A DNA stretch of 64,000 nt, from NCBI RefSeq assembly GCF_035594765.1, contig NC_085841.1:263778525-263842524 (forward strand), in the 5' to 3' direction. The translations under genes and the position numbers were made by a program. The first letter of the stretch is position 1, and every line of letters begins with the position of its first letter. The notes beneath the pieces are model-generated. The model was not told the origin of the DNA. It did not search any database and worked only from the letters and a program-made list of their open reading frames with translations. This document shows, in pieces, positions 8,776-20,900 of the stretch. Source of the DNA: Anolis carolinensis (Eukaryota).

Positions 8776-11700
8776 CCTTGGGAAATTCTAAGGAGTCATG
8801 CATCTGGACAGAGTTGGGTTTCGCTTCTCGTTCTCCAGGGAAAGAGTTCTGTTGGCGGGAAAACGAGACCCAATATAGGTGTTTGTCGCAAGGGAAACTT
8901 TGCGGAGTCAATTGATCAGCTTGAGGAGAGAGATCGTGTGTGGACTTCGTAATCCCAGTTCCTTGCTTCCCGGATCAGGTTTCAAGTCTTGCCTTGTCTC
9001 ACGGTTTTGCCACGGACTTTGTTTCATGCTTCATGTTTGCCTCGTTTTAAGTCTTGGATCAAGTCAAGAATCAAGTTTAATTCCAGCCTTGTTGTCAAGC
9101 TTCATTGGACTATAAAGACTCTGTTATTTCCCCACACTATTGCTTGGCAAAGTGTGTGTTTCGGTCAAGTGGATTAAAACTTTGAACTCTAATATCTTAT
9201 ATTGGACAATACATTTCTGGACTATATTTGACCTTATCTGAAAGGTCTGCTCCTGAACTATATTCTTCACTTGTTTTTATTGACTTTATATATTTCTTTA
9301 ATAAAGATATTAGATAGATTCTGGCCTCTGTGTAAGGTTATTGGTGCTCTGCATCCTGGGTCCTGACAATTACTCTTTTATATATATAGATGATGTTTTG
9401 GTGCTTAATTTGTAAAATCATAACATAATTTGATGTTTAATAGGCTTTTCCTTAATCCCTCCTTATTATCCAACATTTTCGCTTATCCAATGTTCTGCCA
9501 GCCTGTTTATGTTGGATAAGTGAGACTCTACTGTATTTGCTCCTACACTCAGCAGATAGCTGGCTTTGGGAGACTAAGGGCGCTGAGTTCGTGCCATCTT
9601 TAATGTTGTCACTTAACACAATTGTTATTGCCTGTGATGATAGCATGTGTCAATGGGACTCCACAGCTTCACTCCTTTTAACAGGTCAGTGGAATGAAGT
9701 ATTATGAAAACAAACTTGTTAAAATGTTTTCCAGGAGTTTTCTAGAGCTTGGAAAAGAATTTCAGGAACTTGATTGAGTAAATGTTCGTTGTGAGTATAT
9801 GTAAAGTTCTAAATAATACATAATGTCATGCAGATGTCCTAAATATTTTGCCCACAGGGTACAAATTTTCGAAAACCCACATAAAACATATATTTTCTCT
9901 GCAACCCATTTGAACGTCTGCTTGGGAAATAGAAGCTGCTGGCTTTCTATGCATTTCCCTGCTGATGGCCAACAGATTTATATTGTAATACAGTAGAAAT
10001 CCGAAAACACCTGTGCTGCTTAAATGGCTCTAAAGATAAAATCTATTGTGCCTCTTGAAAGGCCATTTTGGTCTCCAGAGGAAAAAAGGCAATTTTGACT
10101 CGACTGGGACCTCATGTATTGATCTCACCCAGGAGGTGTTAACAGAAGAGAGAGATTAATCCAAGAAAGGGGATGTGCTCTCTGTTTTGTGGAACAAACC
10201 CAAGAATGGTTCCAAAGAAATGAATACGCTGAATACTAATTCTGTGTATTTCTGTGCACAAGAGGCAGACAGAGGCAGCATGCAGTGGTTGGTGAGTAAG
10301 AGAAATGTGAGGTTTTTTTCAGACCTTTCAACACTTCAGGTATTCGACTTTTGCAGGTAACAAAGCACTTGGCCGGCGGGGTTAAAATACTTAAAGTAAG
10401 TGTGGGCAACTTTATTTCACTAATGGTGTTCAATCTCTTTTTATGTGGTCTGAAATAGCACAATAATGGTGGAGTTTGGGTGGCCCAAATATTGCAATCC
10501 AGAGCTAATTTTAATGGATTTACCAGCAAAAACAGGCTGTTTTCTCTGTTTTGAGGGGAGATCCAAGCAAGCCAGCCCTTTGGATTATAATGTATTTTTG
10601 ATTCCTACAGTTGTCCATTCAAATAATACCTGGTGCAATCCATTAGCAGCCTTTTTCTGATTTGCTTGATTCAGGGGAGGACCTAGGTTTAGGGATGAAC
10701 TTCTGTGTGATTTTTGGATGTTTGGAGAGAGAAATACATGTAGTTCCCATATAATAAGAGCTGATCAAGATTATCAATCATAGTGCTCTACCAAAAGGAC
10801 CATAAATCAGAATAATCATTCATTGTTATGTACAAGAAACTAGTCCATGGGCATTCTGAAGTGCTGAAAGTGGCATATTTTGCAATTTAGATGTGTGTTT
10901 TCACCATGGTCTTTTCCCCCTATTGGCATGTGAGGAAGTTGTGCCATTCACAGAAAGGATGGTAGAAATAGGACTTTTCTGACACATTTCTACTGAACTG
11001 AAAGCTGAGAATTATGAGGAAATATCCCCTGTATGTTTTATTTTGGACCTATGGGTTTCTAAACAGGTCTGATGTCAGGTGAGCTCCTGAGTGCCAAGGT
11101 ATGAAAATGTCAGATCAAAGCTCCTAAGTCTCAGACATAAGCTTTGCACAAAGTACACTACAGCAAAATCTGGAGTCACAGATGACTTGCTATGATAGGA
11201 ATGAATCCCTTTGCCGCAGTACTTATGCTATGGCTTTTAATGGCTTGGACAAAGTTTGGGAAGATAGTATGTTGGATTTCTTCAGGGAAGAAAGACCAAC
11301 TAGAGCTGTTCTCAACATCAGCTTACGATTTTGGATCTAGTATGAAATAAATTACAAGTGTGTGTTTGTCCACATATACTGTCAGCTCTCCACATTTGAT
11401 GGGGAGAACTTTAGGAGAACAGAATGCAAAAGTGGCAAAGCTTTGACTTAAAAAATTCTGCTATTTATCACTTGACATAACCTTCCCAGAAATTTCTGGG
11501 TTCCTCCAGTATCATTCTATGGTCAACTTCCACCTTTCAGCTTTTGTAGATTTGATTATTATTGGATTTGATTAAAATGTTCCTTGGTGCTATTCTTTGG
11601 TCAGGTTCCAGCAGAGGTTGACTTTAAAGTTAAACTGGAGGACCTAGAGAAAACATTTTACCCCCCTTATTATTAAAATATATATTGACTCCTCCCACAA

Positions 11701-12765
11701 ATCAGACCTTTTCTGGTTTCAAGGCAGAGGAAAAATCCTATTGAACTCTATATCCCTTGGATCAAATCTGAGGCAATTTTAGATCTGTTTTTGATACAAA
11801 GGCCTGTGAATTGAGTTCTGCAACAACAGTATAGATAGTAGTTTTGTCACTTGTTCACATAAGAAAATTTTATCTGTGATAGCTGATACATGTTTTAGAT
11901 GACAGCTATTTTATCCCAGCTCTCAAATATGACCATGTTGAATCTGGGTTTACAATCCAACCCATTTTATGACTCTGTGAAATGTGTTTCACTTTGTGAA
12001 ATCCTTGTTCTTTTGGCTTCTGTCCTCTCTATCCTGTTATGGGAATATTGCTGATCTGTTGCAGGAGTGTGAGTGTACTACCTCCAGGTAAATAAGAGTC
12101 CAGTTGTTTTCTTTATTATATTCATATCCTTGTTTTGTTTTGTCTCCTGTGTTTGTTGGTGATTTGATGTTTATATTTTGCACTATATGGTATAATCAGA
12201 ATTTTAGAGAGAGAAATAGCTGCAAGGCAATATTTCTCTCTTCTCATTATGGTCCTTGAATTTGTATAGTGATAGAAACACAAAATTGCCAATATCTCTG
12301 TGTGGTAACACAGATTACTACTATAATCTCAGACTCCTATTGCAGTAGATCATACATTGGAACCAATTACTGTTTACTGGGAATTAAATTTCAGAATTCA
12401 CCTTGTCTCAGAAACATGTACAATGTTCCTCCCTTGTTGTTTGTGTGCATGACACAGTTTTAAAAGTATCTTTGAGTCACCTTCTTGTTATTTACTTTCC
12501 AGTGTTTTCTTTGTTCAGACAGAAAAGCAAAAGAAAGTGATTGTGAAACCTACATCGTAGTCAATCTCATTAGAGAATGTAGAAATGCAAATCGCAGTTC
12601 AGTGTCATTTTAAAAGATAAAGGGAGCTATCCATCTTAACAATGTCCCTCAAGTTCTTTTGTTAGAAGATGTCTGAGGAAAAAATATGAAATTTGGGTTT
12701 CCCTGCTTGATGTAACAAGCAACTTTGAGCCAAAAAATGTGTCAGCATTCACCAATATCTACTTT

Positions 12766-13145
12766 GGGGATTCTTAACCTATATTGTTTCACAAACCCCT
12801 TTGCCAGTCAAATGGAAACCACAGGCCTCTTCTGAGAATAAATGGTGGATAGTTAAATTTCAGTTTGTACACAGCAGGACTGTGATCACATGTTATCTAG
12901 TGTTGGATCTAACAACTGCTGTAATTTCAATGGATGGATAAGAGTAAGAGATTTTTCGAGATATGCAACAACTGCAATGTGATATGAAATTCATGCTACT
13001 GTCATTTATTGCACATATTCATAAGTGAAGGAAGTACTGGATTTCAGTTAGAGGTCAGAGAAAATAAAGGTGAAAAGTTTATTATTTTCAGTTTAAGCTC
13101 ACGGACTTCCTAAAATCTTTTTGTGGGCCCCTGGTTAAGATCCCC
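12766..13145. mobile_element. Old hAT/Charlie-like non-autonomous element
   Basis: Imperfect terminal inverted repeats GGGGATTCTTAACC / GGTTAAGATCCCC. Confidence 0.45.
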
Positions 13146-13518
13146 TTGAGTTCAGCTCTCTGGACCTCCAGCCAACAGTTCCAACTGCCTGGAATTCTGC
13201 GAGCTAAAGTCCAAAACATATAAAAGACTGAAGCTTGAGAACTGCTGATTCTAGATCAGAGCTGAGAGATTCCATCATCCCCAGGCATGCTCTGGTTTGT
13301 CTCTCCTGATACTAATGAAGTCATCTGCTAGGTCTGGACAGGACAGCAGCAATGTAGAGGCTACTGAGAAGCAATAAGGCACTGACAGAATTTTGAGGAA
13401 ACTCCACCATTTGAATAAATGCTATATGAATTTTGGGGAATAACAGGAATAACGATCTCCCTATAGAAAACCCTAGTGGAGCCTGACAACGGAATGCTAA
13501 AAGTCTTTGGTGGAGAAA

Positions 13519-13638
13519 AATAGAATCTTAGAATCACAGGGTTGGAAGAGACCACAAGGGCTATCCAGATCCTCCCTGCCATGGAGGATCACACAATCAA
13601 ATCACTTCTGGCAGATGGTCATCCAGGCTTTATTTAAA
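13519..13638 (-). mobile_element. CR1 LINE 3' end fragment
   Basis: ATAGAATC-type tail followed by GTTGGAAGAGACC...CAGATGGTCATCCAG. Confidence 0.7.
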
Positions 13639-13640
13639 TA

Positions 13641-13974
13641 CAGTAGAGTCTCATTTATCCAAGATAAATGGGCCGGCAGAACATTGGATAAGTGAAAATC
13701 TTGGATAATAAGGAGGGATTAAGAAAAAAGCCTATTAAACATAAAATTACATTATGATTTTACAAATTAAGCACCAAAACATCATGTTTTACAAGAAATT
13801 GACAGAAAAAGCAGTTCAATACCCAGCAATGTTATGTAGTCATTACTGTATTTACGAATTTAGCACCAAAACATTGCAACATTTACTACAAAAACAATGA
13901 CTACTAAAAGGCAGATTGCCTTGAATAATACAGAACCTTGGATAAGTGAAGCATGGATAAGTGAGACTCTACTG
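13641..13974. mobile_element. Tc1/mariner MITE (same family as 2255, opposite orientation)
   Basis: TIRs CAGTAGAGTCTCA..TATCCA / TGGATAAGTGAGACTCTACTG; TA flanks. Confidence 0.9.
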
Positions 13975-13975
13975 T

Positions 13976-14007
<32 letters not shown>

Positions 14008-14365
14008 CTTTATTTTTAAAGTATATCCGGCCCCATCTCCCCAAGGGGACTTGGAGTGGCTCACATGGGGACCAAACCCAGCAATATACAATAAAATACA
14101 ACCGGATAAATACCTTTATAACAAGACATAAAATCATAAGCATATAATATATATTAAAACATACTCAAAACCGATAGAAATAACCAGGTGCAGTGGGCAT
14201 AATCAAGCTGAAAGCTAGGCAACATTATATATGAACAGAATCTTACAGCTTCTATTGAATGGACAAGGAGAAAAGCAGTAGCCGGATATAGGTAGAGGTA
14301 CAGAACTGACGTTAATTTATAATAAATCAGTCAAACGCACATTGGAAAAGCCAGGTTTTCAAATC
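14008..14365 (-). mobile_element. L2-type LINE 3' fragment
   Basis: Tail motif CCATCTCCCCAAGGGGACTTGGAGTGGCTCAC followed by A-rich 3' UTR complement. Confidence 0.5.
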
Positions 14366-16088
14366 CAAAGAAAGAGACTCCATCACACTCCAAGGCAACA
14401 TATTCCACTGTCAAATAGCTTTGGGAAGGTGTACCATACAAGAGTAGTTGTGTTTTTGGCTAGAGCCCTAAACAATATTCCATACTGTGCAACATTTTGT
14501 TGCTGAATTTGTTTGTCTCTCGCAGTAGCTTGTTTTCTTTTGCCTGCCTGCCTCACCCCAGAGCTGTCATTTGGATGACCAGGGCTGTTCAGCTGGTGGT
14601 GATAGTTATTAGTAGTGAAAATCATACTGTGTAGATAAAGGAAAAGTTGATGGTGGAAATGTATGTCAATACACTATTACTAATTGCCAAAAGAACAATT
14701 TCTTCCTAAGATTTGTCTAAATCTACAGTGTTGTGCAGAGCAGTTTGAGGATTGGACTTTGATTTCTAGGCCATAGAAACATACTGGATGGTCCTGAGCA
14801 AGTCACACTGTCTTAGCCTCAGAAGAAGAAAATAACAAATCTCTTTTGAATAAATCTTGCAGAGAAAACCTTACAAGGGCTGCTGTGATATTGTGATTTG
14901 ATTCTATATGCTTTTATGGTTTTACCTTGGATTGTCTTACTATTAATGTTGTTTAATACTTTTTAAATATTTGTATTTTTTAAGCTGTATTGAAATGTTT
15001 TTAGTTGTGAGCCGCTTTGAGTCTTCATATGGAGAGAAGACATGGGATACAAAAAATAAATGAACAAATAAATAAAGAGCTTGCTATAAGTCAGAATTTC
15101 CTTGAAGGTACACAACAACAACAGCAGTGTTGTGCAGAGAGCTAGTTTAGAAATAAGCAACCTGATGCCCTCCAGAGGTTTTGAACCAAATAACTAATAT
15201 AAGGAATAGAAAACTGGGTCAATTCACGGACAAAAAAAAATCTTGTTTAAAAGCATATTCTTCTATTCTGCAATCATTTCTATTTCACACAGCAGCAAAG
15301 TAAATAACAGCTAATGTAAAGATCATCCAAGGAACCTGAAAAGTCAGCTTTGCTACAAAAACAGTCAATGTATTCTTCATTAGGTTACAATGGTCAGGCA
15401 ACGTAATTATACCTTTGTTAACTAAAATAATTACTTTAAAATAATCTCTGTGTATGAAATGATTAGTTCTCTTGTTTCAGTTTGATTCCCAAGTATTCAA
15501 TAAATTAGGTTTGTTTTACTGTTTCCTAGCAATACTTCCATTTTACAATATTAGAGACCCAGCATGAGAAAATATTTAAATATGTTCTTACTTTGACAAT
15601 AATAGTTGTTCCAAATAGGATTAATATCAAGTTACTATAACTTAGTAGAATCACAACCATTTGATTCTTTAAATGGAATTGCCCTTCACTTTTTGTGTTC
15701 AGAATTTTAATTATATACTGATTTTTTCTGTCTAGATTTTGCAACAGATAATGCAGATACACAATATTATTTTGTTTACGGTCATTTGGAAAGCACAGCC
15801 AGTCCTTGTAAAATACCAAATGATATTTTGTTTTCATTAGCCTAGTGTGAGTAGGTCTTAACAGACACACATTAACCAAGCAATTTATAGGTTGAAGTGC
15901 ATGTTAATAGGAGCTGTTTCACGCAGACACACCAAACCCAGGAACGTATCCCTTATGGATAATGGGAGGAGATCATATTGTACTTAGAATTTCTGCTCAC
16001 TTTGTACATTGATAGAAGAGCTTCCTCTGCATAGTAACAGGAGCTTCTCTTGGGCCTTGACAGCTGCCGGCTGATGGGAGGAAACAGA

Positions 16089-16090
<2 letters not shown>

Positions 16091-16120
<30 letters not shown>
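16091..16120. repeat. (TG)15 microsatellite
   Basis: Perfect repeat. Confidence 0.95.
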
Positions 16121-16124
<4 letters not shown>

Positions 16125-17541
16125 ATCTAGGGTCAATATATTTCCCCCCCTTATGAAACATTTATTGACCAAAACCTTTGACTATGAATGATATGTCTTC
16201 AGCTCAGTGTGTTTAAATAAATAAACTTTTTTGACCCTGAGCAATGCTGAATCATTATCCAACATTTCCTTCCAAGTCCACTATAAAATGTTTTGTATCT
16301 TCCTTAAGGAATCAGTGCTCTCTTCCCTCCCTCCCATCATATTTCTCAATTTTTCATTATTTATCCCAAACTATTTCCATTTTTTCTGCTTGGCATTTCA
16401 TTCCATTTTTTGGGTGAATTAGTAATTTCCTGAGCCACCTTCCTCATCTCTAACCTAGGATAATTTCTCAAAATGTTGTGGCAACAGCAGTAGCAACCTA
16501 AATCCAGTTGCTACTTCCAAGATTAGCTGGAAGTAACAACACGAAGAGTGAACCCACAGGGACTTATGTAATATACAATCATTTAGTGGGTTCTCTCTTC
16601 TTGGGACTAACAGATTTCAGTCAGCTTGGTGGGTTTGAGAGATTTAGTTATGGTGGTATGAGGAATCTCATGTAACCACAATGCCATGCTCTTTTAGGGA
16701 TCAGACATGATTTCTAGATAGCCCCAAAGAGACATGTATTAAAATGTTTTTAGTTGTCAGCCTATTTGAGTCTCCGTATGATAGATAAAGTGGGACATAA
16801 ATAAACATAATAAATAAAATGGTACCCACCCTCCAAAACAGTCCCCCGCAAGAAGCAATTTTTAAAAGGAATACTGAGTAAACAGTACTTTAAAAGCAAT
16901 CTATGAGTAATTTTGTTATTTTTGCAAGAAGGGTATCATTATGCTTTTGTTACCCCAACCATCTTCCCTGCCAAATAATGTGTTAAGGTAACACTGTTAC
17001 CTATCATACTACTTCCAAGTCAGTTTGTTGATTACAGATAATGCATACTATGGTATGTAATTTGTTTTGTAAATATTCCTGAGAGGGTTAATTTTTTTTA
17101 AAAAAAGTCTACAGTTTATACACAAATTATCCAATCATTTGCTAAATCATGGTTGAGTGTATTCAATTTTTTTGTTAATCTTTGTAATGAGGTTTTTTTT
17201 TCTTTTGCTCTGAACATCTCATTTCTTTTGCTTGGATTTTGCATAGTTATAATGTGTGTTAGGCAATCCTTGGAAATGGAAAAGCTAATGGAAAAAGAAA
17301 TTCAACCTATTATTTACTTATTAAACTAAATTGTTTGAAAGGCAAAGGCTGTCTTCCTTTCACAGGCACTTTGTTTTCATTTTTCTTTGAAGCTGTCTTT
17401 CTTGCACTTAAGAAATTCCACAAGACGCACCCTTTTTGTCAAGATATCCACTTAAAATAGACAGCCCTCCCATTTCCATGCCATTACTAACATTTTAATT
17501 ACTGTAATAGCAATGCAATGTGCCTGATGAAATCATAATAC

Positions 17542-17650
17542 GTTGTCAAACGCTTTCATGGCCGGGATCACAGGGTTGTTGTGTGTTTTCTGGGCTGTAT
17601 GGCCATGTTTCATACATGGCCATATAGTCCGGAAAACACACAACAACCCC
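17542..17650. mobile_element. Penelope-like element terminal remnant with inversion
   Basis: GTTGTC.AA.GCTTTCATGGCCGGGATCACAGGGTTGTTGTGTGTTTT terminus shared with 27297 and 46467; followed by its own inverted copy. Confidence 0.8.
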
Positions 17651-17844
17651 AAATCACAATACCTTTGCTCAGAGCAGTGATATGACACCCCCTCTACTAA
17701 TAGCTCCTTTTTGTTTGTGAATGTTCTTGTATTCATAAGAACAAGGAATATTGATTTCTTAGTCCTTAACAACAGCTTAATTTTTTAAAAAATAAAATAG
17801 ATTTTCCTTTTGCAAAGAGCATTCCAAGAGCGAGAATCTAAAAA

Positions 17845-18030
17845 TGCAGATCCCATGTGATCTTGGAAGCTAAACAAGGTCAACCCTGATAACTACTTGG
17901 GTGGGAGATCACCAGTAAATATCAGGTCCTGGAAGCTATTTCTGAGGAAGGAACTGGCCAAACCCTCTCTGAATATTCTTGCTGAAAGAAGTTCATGGGG
18001 TTGCCAGAAGTTGACAGACTTTAAGGCACA
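17845..18030 (+). mobile_element. 5S rRNA-derived SINE, decayed
   Basis: GATCTTGGAAGCTAAACAAGGTC...TACTTGGGTGGGAGATCACC resembles the 5S internal promoter region; continues into non-5S body GAGGAAGGAACTGGCCAAACC. Confidence 0.7.
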
Positions 18031-19639
18031 CATACACACAAATTTCACAAATGGCAACAGAAATATCTGTAAGTATACCATGTTGCTGGTAGACCTTTGA
18101 TACTATATTTGAAGTAACTCTTTGGATCAACAAGTGTGCTCTGAGTTACTGTGACCATGCCAGATTTACACTAGGAGAAAATGTTTTTGTAAACTTCCAA
18201 AGAGGCAAAAAGTGTTTTAAAAAGCCATTTAAACAAGTTACTATATTTTTATTCTCTATGCTTGCCATGGTTGTTTGCCATTGCCTCTTTGGGCAGCAAC
18301 TGCTGGAATTTTCCACACTTGTCTCTGCAACTCCAAGGTTCAAGAAGAGGCTGAAAGTTATTTGGCGGCTGAGTGATTGAGATGCCCTGAGTTTCAGCTT
18401 TCAACTGGAATGCGAGATATTGATGTAGTAATTTCCTGTGGCAGGAGCTGTTTCAACATTGGTATAGCTGCCTGTCATGACTGGGATGTTGAGTGAAAAA
18501 GGTTCTTTTTTAGGGAAGGGAAAAATGCCACTACACTGCATTTAGGTTTAAAAGTTTTTTAAAAAACTCGTGTTAATTATGTTTACATTCAAGAGGGATG
18601 ATTATTACACTTGAAGTTACTTCTAAATTGGAATTTAAATGTAGGTTACTTCAATGCACTAAAAGAGTAAAAAAAAAGAGGATGCATTATTTTAACCTTC
18701 CACCCCCGTTTATGTTTTCAGTTTGGGAGAGGAGGAAACAGCTTGATGAAATGGGAAAACTTCATTTCTCATCCGCCCACCCACTGTAATGGAACGAGTG
18801 AATTTGGGAAGACATACACATAGCACAGATAGAAGAAACTAAAAATATTTTTCTATAAATATAAAGTGGAAGTCATAGTCATCTCACCCTTATCCATAAT
18901 TCCACAGAATAAAAAGTAAACAATTACATATATGATAGATAGTTATGCTATCTGAGAACAACAACCTCTACACTAAAAATTCTCTTATTTTCAGTCAGAA
19001 ATGTTTTCCTGAGACAGAAATTCAATTAATTGTATTGTCTAGTAACAGCTGTGTCCCTGGGCTATCCTTGTGTTGATGCCCAGTTTCTTCATCCCCTTTT
19101 TCCTTTCCAGACATTCATGATTTCTTTCTATTTGTCAGGAGTAATCTCTTAAAGACAGAAGAGAAATAAAGAAATCCTAAGGCCAAATGTGAAAGAACAG
19201 GGATTCACATCCACAGCACATCTGAAATGTCAAACATATCATAACCTTTTTTGGTATATGAAAACCAAAAGCAACCTAGTAGAAGGCTTTGCGCAGGTTT
19301 TGTCATAATATGTTGCTCGATATGGACAGGGAGCAGGTTTGTTCATATGGCTGTTTGCCATGGGTCCCCCTGAGGGAGAAGAGCGGTATATAAATTAATT
19401 AATTCATTAATGAATTAAATAATAAAAGCTGTACTACATCAGCAGGTCTTGCCATTTTCTGGTTATAAAGATTACTATTGTTTTGTCTTGTATTTTGATA
19501 CCACATAATCCAATCCTAGGACATTTAGTTTTGTTCCTATATCCTCTTATTTTACCTTTCTATTTTAAATAATTTCTTCTCAGAAAATCAGTAATTGAAT
19601 ATTGCCCCACCTTTGCTGTATCAAAGTAATATGTCTTTA

Positions 19640-19945
19640 CTTTAGTCAAGGATTTCTCCTTAATCAACATTGCCAATTTGACCATCTCAGCTAATTCACA
19701 TATTTTCATCAGCTAATCTTCTTGTGTCAGTATATCTGCTTCTTTTCATCTCTGGTCATAGATGATTCTCATTGCTGCAATCACGTATAATAGTAACCTT
19801 CCATATTTTTTTCTAATTGCTCATCCAGCACCCTCAATAATACAGTTAAGATTTTATTGTAATTTTCACCTTTAAAGTATCTTTTAGCATCATGCATATC
19901 CGAGTCCAATATTTCTGCATTTTTTTAGAAGTCCACCACATATGT
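19640..19945 (-). mobile_element. L1 ORF2 C-terminal fragment
   Basis: Minus strand reads HMWWT..KKMQKYWTRI, typical of the L1 C-terminus. Confidence 0.6.
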
Positions 19946-20127
19946 TTTTAAAAAAGGTTTTATTCACATACATTAACAACTTGCAGTGTAAACAGAATAC
20001 AAAATTATGAACATATTACAAACACTTAACCACCCCACCTAGGCCTGAATACGTATAGTTTCCTCTGCCATAAATTTATGTGCCAACCAATAAACAAATG
20101 TCATAGCCAAAATTCCTGACCAGGAGG

Positions 20128-20339
20128 CAGGGCGGTAGTCAAGTGGGGGGGGGGGGGTAGGGGGTTCAAACCCCCCCCCCCCAAACCTGGTTTACTTATT
20201 TATTTGAACTGGTTAACCAAATCCCCGTGAGTGTCCACTGAAGTTTTCTAAATTATTTTGCATTATGGAACTACTCTTCATGATTTGCTAAAAAAAGTTT
20301 CAACCCTCCTCCATGAATTTTTTTCTGGCTATGGCTCTG
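20128..20339. mobile_element. hAT MITE
   Basis: TIRs CAGGGCGGTAGTCA / TGGCTATGGCTCTG; degenerate 8-bp TSD CCAGGAGG / CCAACAGG; related inverted fragment at ~47630-47815. Confidence 0.7.
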
Positions 20340-20347
20340 CCAACAGG

Positions 20348-20900
20348 GTTGTATTGTTTTTTCTTATCACTCTCTAAAATATATTTAATAAAAACCGACC
20401 AATAGGAATCAAATTCTGATCTTTTAATTTCTCCCCTAAACACCCTCATTTCAGTTGATAGTTTATTTTTTAAGGCTGCGTTCCATACTTCCCCATACCA
20501 TGCTTCCAGTGTGAGATTGGTTGGTATCTTCCATTTCCTTACTATTATAAGTCTTTCCACTGTGAGTAAAATAATCACCAGTTCTTTTATTTTATTATTT
20601 CTGAATTCAGCTTTGTGCATCCATTAGCATCTGTGGCTAGGTTTTATCCTATAATGTTACCTATTTCCTTAAATATATTGTTCCAAAAACTCTTCAGCTG
20701 GGGGCATTCCCACCATAAATGAAAGTATGTGCCTTTGTGCATGCCACATCTCCAACATTTCCCCATAATATCTTTGCTAACATAGGTGGCAGCTACCACC
20801 TATAGATAATCTTACACATTTTGTTTTCAAATCATTACATAAAGTGAATTTTGTACTCTTTGTCCAGTCCTCGTTCCACTGCTCCTGTTTTATTTGTCTA
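20348..20900 (-). mobile_element. L1 ORF2 C-terminal fragment with zinc knuckle
   Basis: CWRCGMHKGTYFHLWWECPQLKSFWN (~20680-20760), then LLTVERLIIVRKWK..WYGEVW. Confidence 0.8.

Larger units (their letters stand above)
3310..9368 (+). mobile_element. Ty3/Gypsy chromovirus (Tf1/sushi group), defective, 5' LTR missing
   Basis: gag, pol in PR-RT-RH-IN-chromodomain order, PPT, 3' LTR TGT...ACA. Confidence 0.95.
7642..9368 (+). repeat. 3' LTR of the chromovirus (7642-7920 plus 8781-9368), split by a solo LTR
   Basis: TGTGA...TGACA ends; TATA-like ~8873; AATAAA 9300-9305; the halves rejoin colinearly with the inserted sister LTR. Confidence 0.9.
2857..9390 (-). mobile_element. Non-autonomous Helitron, interrupted by a Gypsy element
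   Basis: Minus strand starts TCTATATATAT (9390) and ends in a GC hairpin plus CTAG (2857); inserted at ACA|TGATG of the MITE (A/T site, no TSD); same termini at 49382 and 52191. Confidence 0.85.
2255..9533. mobile_element. Tc1/mariner-type MITE split by nested insertions
   Basis: TIRs CAGTAGAGTCTCACTTATCCAAC (2255) and GTTGGATAAGTGAGACTCTACTG (ends 9533); TA on both sides; uninterrupted relatives at 13641 and 50600. Confidence 0.9.

Noticed and set aside
7642-9368. Tandem LTR pieces as assembly artefact or unequal crossover
   Set aside because: The copies are clearly diverged, and the inner LTR has intact TG...CA ends with a 5-bp TSD.
17845-17935. 5S rRNA gene
   Set aside because: Partial and diverged, and continues into a SINE body also seen at 56720-57105.
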